A stretch of DNA of 14,469 nucleotides from a virus: UHGV virus genome UHGV-0142781; one strand, 5' to 3'. A program made the translations under genes and the position numbers. Below are positions 1-6,319 of the stretch, one piece after another; positions within the stretch are counted from its first letter, which is position 1, and each line of letters begins with the position of its first letter. The notes below the pieces were generated by a model. It was not told the DNA's origin. It worked only from the letters and a program-made list of their open reading frames with translations, and did not search any database.

Positions 1-236
1 GACAGCAACCGGCATGTTCCATTATCAGCAGGCTGTGACCGTTCGACATACCCGGTAAACCAGCGCAGGACCAGACCATCATAACCAACATCGATCCGCA
101 CCATTTTGCCGGTGTAATCTGTCTCTGTCCCCGCCGTAATAAACCCCCGACCGCACGCGTTCAGCTCCAGCACGATATTGCAGTCAATCAGATGGACCGG
201 ATCAGAGGAAAGGTACAGGCGTTTAATTGGTTTCAT
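1..236 (-). CDS. Phage tail protein, N-terminal part (gene runs off window start); weak resemblance to P2 gpD (late control D / hub) N-terminus
   Basis: Reverse-strand ATG at 234-236; my translation begins MKPIKRLYLSSDPVHLIDCNIVLELNACGRGF... and stays open to position 1. The GRGF...G.DG.V...F.GYVE pattern loosely matches my recollection of gpD-family N-termini. Product identity is low-confidence. Confidence 0.45.
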   Translation of the reverse strand, partial: MKPIKRLYLSSDPVHLIDCNIVLELNACGRGFITAGTETDYTGKMVRIDVGYDGLVLRWFTGYVERSQPADNGTCRLL

Positions 237-243
237 CGTTTAA

Positions 244-786
244 TTACCCCAGCGCATCGTTGACCGGCTTTAAGACTTTTTCTTCAAACCAGCTCATTTT
301 GTCGGCTGGTTCATCAGCACCGGCAGCCGGACCCGCGCCCTTTGCCCCTGTTTGCTTGGTGCTGGCCGTCGCGTTGCCTTTTCGGGCCTGTCGTTTTTCC
401 GGGACACTGCCTTTTTCACGCAGGGTGAAACTTACCTGCCAGGCAAGGCGATCCTCCTGCGGTACGGCATCAATCTGACCGGTGAACGTGGCTTCACGAA
501 GGTTGATAGCCGTTGCCGTCGCATTGGCAACACGGTACTTTTTTAACGCGCCGCTGGCTTCGGTTGCGGATGCCAGCTGGAAAAGCCGCTGTAAGACGGC
601 TTCGTCGTCGAATGTCACCAGACCCGACACGCGCAGCTCTTTGGCCTTGATGCCCTGTTCAGCATTGGCCGTGCTCGATGTCTGGCCCGACTGGTCCTTC
701 TCCTGAAACTGCATGGAAGGTGAAACCAGCATGTTTTGCATGGCAATCCCTTCACCATCAAGCGCGAGTAGTGCGGTCTGGCTCAT
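244..786 (-). CDS. Hypothetical phage structural protein (position consistent with gpU-like tail protein)
   Basis: 180-aa ORF with AGGGAAG-type RBS upstream of its ATG; sits between the Ala-rich ORF and the gpD-like ORF on the same strand; host-like GC. Function assigned by position only. Confidence 0.5.
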   Translation of the reverse strand: MSQTALLALDGEGIAMQNMLVSPSMQFQEKDQSGQTSSTANAEQGIKAKELRVSGLVTFDDEAVLQRLFQLASATEASGALKKYRVANATATAINLREATFTGQIDAVPQEDRLAWQVSFTLREKGSVPEKRQARKGNATASTKQTGAKGAGPAAGADEPADKMSWFEEKVLKPVNDALG

Positions 787-1288
787 GTAGCATCTTCCCT
801 AAGTCAGATAACGAATCCCCGATAAACATCATCGCGGCGGTATGCACTGCCGTTGTTTGCGGGATGCCTTTCAGCAATTCAGCGGCAGCAACGGCATAAC
901 TTCCGCTGTAACTGAATGAAAAAATATTCGCACTGGCGGCTTTCAGGTCGTCCAGTCCCTGGCTGAGCGAGGACAGCAAACCGGCCCGTTCCTGAATAAA
1001 TCCCGTAACCTGATTTTTTAGATCTGTTGTGGTGGTACTGACTGCGGCGGCCAGCTGCGCGGCGGCAACACGCTGGGCATTCAGCGCCAGCCGGTTGGTT
1101 GAGACTGATAACGGCGCACTGGCTGGCAATACATCTGCTTTAACCGGCAACTGCATTTTTACTGTGCTGAGTTCTGCGGCCGCTGCCGCCATGCGGCTTA
1201 CCTGCGTAAATACCGGGGCCGGAAATACGGTGGACAGTTTATTCAGTCCCTGCATAAAAGCGTCATGGGTATTTTCCGCCACCATCAT
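758..1288 (-). CDS. Ala/Gly-rich phage protein, possibly a 5'-truncated tape-measure (gpT)-like remnant
   Basis: ORF track gives 758..1552, but that start would overlap the divergent Q start codon. The first plausible internal start is the MM pair at 1283-1288. The frame stays open upstream to 1552, as expected if the gene's 5' end was lost. Composition (poly-Ala, Q/L/S-rich) is tape-measure-like. Confidence 0.35.
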   Translation of the reverse strand: MMVAENTHDAFMQGLNKLSTVFPAPVFTQVSRMAAAAAELSTVKMQLPVKADVLPASAPLSVSTNRLALNAQRVAAAQLAAAVSTTTTDLKNQVTGFIQERAGLLSSLSQGLDDLKAASANIFSFSYSGSYAVAAAELLKGIPQTTAVHTAAMMFIGDSLSDLGKMLHEPDRTTRA

Positions 1289-1545
1289 GACGATAACGTC
1301 ACCACTTCCACCACCACTACCGGATAACAGCTTTTTAGCCAGATATCCCACCGCGTTGGCAGGGCTGAGATAACCGCCTGAATACCGGTTTTTAACGCGC
1401 TCAGGTCTTCCGCTTCCATGTTTTCCACGCTTTTGACGTATACCGTTACCGCCAGGGTGTGGCTGGTTATCTCGCACGCCGTAATTAACGAACCTATCGA
1501 TCACGAATATGACCGCCCATCGGGCTGGTACTTTGGGAAAGCAGC

Positions 1546-2607
1546 ATGACAAAGAAACAGCGTAAAAATAAAAAATTCGGGTCCATGACCGGCAACAAGG
1601 TTGAAACCTTCACGCCAGGGCGCGGAAGCGTGATCACCTTTGGCGAACCAGAACCCATCCTGACGACCGGCACTGATTATCACAATATCTGGTATGACAA
1701 TGAGTATGACCACTGGCGACTCCCGATTGATCGCCTGGCGCTGGCCCAGTTGCCGAACCTTAACGGCCAGCACGGCGGGGTACTGTATGCGCGGCGCAAT
1801 ATGGTGGCCGGTGGCTATATCGGCGGCGGCCTGACGCCTGACCAGGTCGAACAGGCTGTCTTTGATTACCTGCTGTTTGGTGACGTCGCTATCCTGAAAA
1901 TTCGTAACGTATTCGGGGAAGTGATCGACCTGCTGCCGCTGCCGTCGCTGTATCTGCGCTGCCGGAAAGACGGGTCGTTTGCCGTTCTGCAGGAAGGGCC
2001 AGCGCTTATCTATGACCCGGAAGACATCGTTTTCTTTAAAATGTACGACCCTCGCCAGCAGGTGTATGGCCTGCCTGACTATATCGGCGGCATCCATTCG
2101 GTGTTACTCAACAGTGAGGCAACCATCTTCAGGCGCCGTTACTACAATAACGGGGCGCACATGGGCTTTATTCTCTATACCAGCGATCCGAATCTGACGC
2201 TGGAAATGGAAAACGAAATCAAAGAGAAGATCGCCCAGTCCAAAGGGCTGGGTAACTTCCGCAATATGTTTATCAACATCCCGAAGGGCGACCCGGAAGG
2301 GGTTAAAATCCTGCCGGTGGGCGAAGTCAGCGCAAAGGACGAATTTGCCAACATCAAAGGGATCACCGCACAGGATATCTTTACCGCTCACCGTTTCCCC
2401 GCTGGCCTGGCGGGTATCATCCCGACCAATGGCGCGGTAATGGGCAACCCTGAAACCGCCCGCACAACCTATCGCAAGGATGAAGTTATCCCCTTGCAGC
2501 GCAAGCTAATGAACGGCGTCAACAATGACCCGGAGATCCCCGCACACTTGCACCTGGTTTTTGACGTGGATATCCCAGCAATTACCACCGAAAAGGGCGA
2601 AAAATGA
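1546..2607 (+). CDS. Q: Capsid portal protein (P2 gpQ family)
   Basis: 353 aa; motifs FGEPEP, IFRRRYYNNGAHMGFILY, SKGLGNFRNMF and EVSAKDEFANIKGITAQDIFTAHR match my recollection of P2 gpQ. GGGAAAG RBS at 1533-1539. Confidence 0.85.
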   Translation: MTKKQRKNKKFGSMTGNKVETFTPGRGSVITFGEPEPILTTGTDYHNIWYDNEYDHWRLPIDRLALAQLPNLNGQHGGVLYARRNMVAGGYIGGGLTPDQVEQAVFDYLLFGDVAILKIRNVFGEVIDLLPLPSLYLRCRKDGSFAVLQEGPALIYDPEDIVFFKMYDPRQQVYGLPDYIGGIHSVLLNSEATIFRRRYYNNGAHMGFILYTSDPNLTLEMENEIKEKIAQSKGLGNFRNMFINIPKGDPEGVKILPVGEVSAKDEFANIKGITAQDIFTAHRFPAGLAGIIPTNGAVMGNPETARTTYRKDEVIPLQRKLMNGVNNDPEIPAHLHLVFDVDIPAITTEKGEK

Positions 2608-2930
2608 GCGCAGTTAAGTTAAAATCATCCCCATTGTTAGCAATGGTGTGCGGGATGGTGAACATGCGAGTTTTTAAAATTAAATGTCCTGAATGCGGCT
2701 CACCGGCCATCATTCGCAAATCAGACTGGAAAGATAAAAAACTGGCCGATTTATACTGCGCCTGCACGGAAGTTGAATGCGGCCACACCTTTGTTTTTAA
2801 CGCCCAGTTTTCACATACTCTCAGCCCCAGCGGACTGACCGGCAACAAGCTGGTTAAATTTCTGATTGATCGGCTCAAACCAGACGAAAGACAATTCGCT
2901 TTAGATTTGCTAAACAACCATATTAATTAA
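2604..2930 (+). CDS. Ogr/Delta-family zinc-finger transcriptional activator (late-gene activator type)
   Basis: CPEC-x22-C-TEVE-C-GHTF matches the Ogr pattern C-x2-C-x22-C-x4-C-x2-TF (P2 Ogr: CPLC...CQNVNCSATF). ATG at 2604 overlaps the Q stop TGA at 2605-2607 (ATGA). An alternative start at 2664 (MRVFKIKCPEC) gives an Ogr-sized protein. Confidence 0.7.
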   Translation: MSAVKLKSSPLLAMVCGMVNMRVFKIKCPECGSPAIIRKSDWKDKKLADLYCACTEVECGHTFVFNAQFSHTLSPSGLTGNKLVKFLIDRLKPDERQFALDLLNNHIN

Positions 2931-2982
2931 CCTATAAGCACCGAGTATCTTTATTTAAATGTGATATTTATAAGGAAATATA
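2931..2982 (+). promoter_or_regulatory. AT-rich leader of the cargo cassette (possible promoter plus RBS)
   Basis: Very AT-rich stretch (TTTATTTAAATGTGATATTTATAAGGAAATATA) ending in an AAGGA RBS before the ATG at 2983. No specific -35/-10 assigned. Confidence 0.3.
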
Positions 2983-4818
2983 ATGAGCAATTCAAAATAC
3001 ATTAATTTAGATGCGAGAATAAAAAAACTAAAAGAAGTTGTTAAAGATTTAGACACAAACACTTTAGCAACCTACTCTTTTTGGGAAATGTACAAATTTG
3101 GTACATTAGGTCAAAAAATTGAACTACAATCACCAGCACGACAAATCTTATATCTTTTTGGGATTGCATGTTCATCTGCTGAACCAACCGAACCAACTGA
3201 TAATGTTGAGGGTAAGATAAAACAAACAGTAGAGATCCTAAATGATATTTTTACAAAATATATGTTGGCGTACTTTCCAACCAAAGATGATTTAAAATCT
3301 GGATTAGAAGATGAATGGCATAAAGTTAGAGAAGTTGCTATGCCAATGTTTTCAAACTACTTTTTTGAAGGGTTAAAAGTTTCCACTGAAAACTTCAAAG
3401 GGATCATAAAAAATTATTTCAATGGTTTTGAAAATGAAATAAAAACACATTTTGGCTTAGATCACCATGAAATGGTAGAAATTTTAAATCTCATTGGTGA
3501 GCTTATACAGAGCAAATATGACAGATTCCGTGAAATAATGGATACATTAAAAGACGAACATGAGAAATTTAAAGAGAATAATTTTGAAAAACATGAAGAT
3601 TTTATAACATATATGGATGACATGAGGGAGCGTACAAAACATTTAGCACAAGAATTTCATGACTTCCTCAATGGGAGTGTATCATTCAAGTTTGATTCAA
3701 TAAGATGTAAACTTGGTGACGATGTCGTTGATAGTTTTATAAAAGCTTTCGTTACAGAGCGTGGAAACTCATCCGAAATCAAATACATTACTGATGAGAA
3801 TCCATTTTCATATAAACCGATAGTAACTGTAAATAATCTGGATTATATGCTCCCTTCTGCTAACGCAGCTTATGAAGCTATCATTCTTAATCTTGAAAAG
3901 TTTTTTAAAGAGTCAAAACACAATGATAAATTTAGAAAAGCCCGAGACAACAGGCTGGAACATGAGACTTTTTGCACCTTTAGAAATTTCTTCCCTGAAT
4001 CAACTACAATACTTGAAAGTGTATTTGAAACAAACAAATCCCATAATGAACATGATCTGATTATTTTCCATGATAAAACGATTCTTATTGTAGAGGCTAA
4101 AGCATCACCACGCCGCGCTCCATTGAGAGAACCAGCCAGAGCATACATTAGAATTAGAGATGATTTCAAACGTAAATCAGGAATACAAAGCGCATCTGAA
4201 CAAGCAAATAACTTAAGAAATTTAATCATTAATAATGAAAAAACATCATTATATGATAAAAAAGGTAATTTACTATATACCATAAATCGTTGTGACTACG
4301 ACAATATATATTGTATATGTGTCACTAAAGATGATTTCGGAATGCTTGCTACAAATTTAACTTTAATGTTAGAAAAAAAAGAAGATGAACCCTACCCTTG
4401 GGTTATTTGTATTCAAGACTTGAAGTTTTATTTTGATTGCCTTAAGGAAATAGATTTGGATCATGACTATTTCTTAAATTATATTCGTGAAAGAATAAAA
4501 ATACACGGCAAAGCAACGGCATGTGATGAGCTTGAATATGCAGGTGCATACTTGAATTATGGTGGTTTCGATTTCATTAATAAAGAAGTAAACTCTAACG
4601 TTTGTCTTGATATCTCTGAATCACGAGTATTCGATGAAATCCATATCGAAAAAGTTAATGGCAGGAAATATGTTCACCAGATTAAAAAACCTACTTACAG
4701 CATTTTAAATAGAGATAAATTAATTTCTTCTTTAAATTTCAATCACTCAAACAAAGATGCAAAAAAAGCAAAATCAAAAAGAAAGGAACAGAAAAAATCC
4801 AGAAAAAGAAACCGTTAA
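2983..4818 (+). CDS. Cargo protein with central PD-(D/E)xK-like nuclease motif and poly-basic C-terminal tail; candidate defence effector
   Basis: 611 aa, strongly AT-rich. Residues 356-373 read EHDLIIFHDKTILIVEAK (D-x12-ExK, nt ~4048-4101). C-terminal 23 residues are almost all K/R/S. No Walker A motif. Confidence 0.85.
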   Translation: MSNSKYINLDARIKKLKEVVKDLDTNTLATYSFWEMYKFGTLGQKIELQSPARQILYLFGIACSSAEPTEPTDNVEGKIKQTVEILNDIFTKYMLAYFPTKDDLKSGLEDEWHKVREVAMPMFSNYFFEGLKVSTENFKGIIKNYFNGFENEIKTHFGLDHHEMVEILNLIGELIQSKYDRFREIMDTLKDEHEKFKENNFEKHEDFITYMDDMRERTKHLAQEFHDFLNGSVSFKFDSIRCKLGDDVVDSFIKAFVTERGNSSEIKYITDENPFSYKPIVTVNNLDYMLPSANAAYEAIILNLEKFFKESKHNDKFRKARDNRLEHETFCTFRNFFPESTTILESVFETNKSHNEHDLIIFHDKTILIVEAKASPRRAPLREPARAYIRIRDDFKRKSGIQSASEQANNLRNLIINNEKTSLYDKKGNLLYTINRCDYDNIYCICVTKDDFGMLATNLTLMLEKKEDEPYPWVICIQDLKFYFDCLKEIDLDHDYFLNYIRERIKIHGKATACDELEYAGAYLNYGGFDFINKEVNSNVCLDISESRVFDEIHIEKVNGRKYVHQIKKPTYSILNRDKLISSLNFNHSNKDAKKAKSKRKEQKKSRKRNR

Positions 4819-4872
4819 CAAAATATCCTTTTGACGAATTCAAACCAACTGAACATATGGAGAAAATAAAAC

Positions 4873-6228
4873 ATGAGAATGACCGCCCCATTAAAATCAT
4901 TTTCTGATGGATTTTGTGAGAATGACGACATTTTTGAAAGAAAAAAACTTCACGACATTATTATGCGAGTTGCTACTAACGCGCCTGATAAAAGTTTAGT
5001 TTTAGCATTAGATGATAAATGGGGTAATGGGAAAACTTCATTTGTAAAAATGATGGAATCAGAAATAAGCAAAAAACATTCCGATGATTTCGAAGTCATC
5101 TATTTTGATGCATTTAAAAGTGATTATCAGTCGGATCCATTTGTAGCGTTAACTTCCAATATTTATTCGTTGGTTAGTAATGAAGAAGGCAAGCTAAAAA
5201 CATTAGGTGAAAAATTATTAAGTGCTGGTAAAAAACTAGGAGCTTCATTCCTTTTAAATGGTGCGAAGTTTGCAATCAGTACTATTTCAGGTGGGATGGT
5301 TTCTGGTACTGTAGTCGAAAAGGCAAGTGATACAATATCAGAATCCATATCATCACCTGTAGAAAAATACATAGAAGAAAAGATAAAAGCAAGTGAGAGT
5401 GAGTTTGCTACTATTGAGCAATTTGGAAATTTGTTAACTGAGATATACAAAGAAAGTGGAAAGAAAATATTTTTTATAATTGATGAATTAGACCGTGCAC
5501 GACCTGATTTTTCATTGGATTTATTAGAAAAGATAAAACATATATTCTCAGTAGAGGGTATTATTTTTCTATTGGTCGTCAATCGCGAACAATTTGAAAA
5601 AAGCATTGAGTCTCGATATGGCAATATAAACTCAAGATTGTATCTCAATAAATTTGTTCATTACTGGTTTTCGCTTCCCAAAACAAGCTGTTTATCTGAT
5701 GGTTGCTTAAATGGATATACTTATTCAACTATAAAACGATATTTACTTTCCATTGATAATGGAAACGACTTATTAAGTAGAAATGGTCCGCTTCTTAATA
5801 CACTATCATTGCTTTTGGAAATAAATGGAGCTTCTTTGAGAGAGGCGGAACGCTGTTACTCGGTATTTTCGGTTATCGAAGATGTCAATAAAGTAAACTA
5901 CTATACAAGTGATGCATATAAAGTAGCTTTGGGACTTGTTGTTTTCCTGAAAGTACATAACTCACAGTTGTTAACTGAAATTGTCTTAAAAAAAATCGTG
6001 TTAAAAGAAGCGATAGCCAAGCTTTTAATATACACAGTTCATCACCACAATATAATCGAAGCTCAATTCATTGAATATATCTTAAAGTACCATTACGCAA
6101 CAAATGAAGAATTAATAGAAGAAAGGAAGCAAAGAACATACTCTGATATAGAAGGTGGATATGGTCGAAGAACTCCCCTATTAGAAGGCATGTTTAAAAC
6201 AGTTGAGGGGTTTGATATTAGTTCTTAA
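4873..6228 (+). CDS. KAP-like P-loop NTPase; candidate defence partner
   Basis: 451 aa, AT-rich. Walker A-like DDKWGNGKTSF (res 47-57, nt 5011-5043) and Walker B FFIIDELDR (res 200-208), about 150 residues apart with a hydrophobic stretch between, as in KAP NTPases. 54-bp gap after the upstream gene, same strand. Confidence 0.85.
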   Translation: MRMTAPLKSFSDGFCENDDIFERKKLHDIIMRVATNAPDKSLVLALDDKWGNGKTSFVKMMESEISKKHSDDFEVIYFDAFKSDYQSDPFVALTSNIYSLVSNEEGKLKTLGEKLLSAGKKLGASFLLNGAKFAISTISGGMVSGTVVEKASDTISESISSPVEKYIEEKIKASESEFATIEQFGNLLTEIYKESGKKIFFIIDELDRARPDFSLDLLEKIKHIFSVEGIIFLLVVNREQFEKSIESRYGNINSRLYLNKFVHYWFSLPKTSCLSDGCLNGYTYSTIKRYLLSIDNGNDLLSRNGPLLNTLSLLLEINGASLREAERCYSVFSVIEDVNKVNYYTSDAYKVALGLVVFLKVHNSQLLTEIVLKKIVLKEAIAKLLIYTVHHHNIIEAQFIEYILKYHYATNEELIEERKQRTYSDIEGGYGRRTPLLEGMFKTVEGFDISS

Positions 6229-6319
6229 ACTCTATTTTTTCGCGGACTCTTTGCCGCCCGCCCCGCATCATCGCGCAGATCGACGCAACAAGTTGCGACG
6301 GTCAGCGCGATTGCATTCA

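Noticed and set aside
1525-1545. GGGAAAGCA upstream of Q resembling part of the P2 cos sequence
   Set aside because: Only a 9-nt partial match that coincides with the Q ribosome-binding site; too short to call a cohesive-end site.
1501-2097. 198-aa minus-strand ORF
   Set aside because: Lies entirely antisense within the well-supported portal gene Q and has no start signals; treated as a chance open frame in GC-rich coding DNA.
3870-5648. Minus-strand ORFs (137 aa and 161 aa) inside the cargo genes
   Set aside because: Antisense to the two long AT-rich cargo ORFs, with low-complexity translations; AT-rich DNA gives long stop-free antisense frames by chance.
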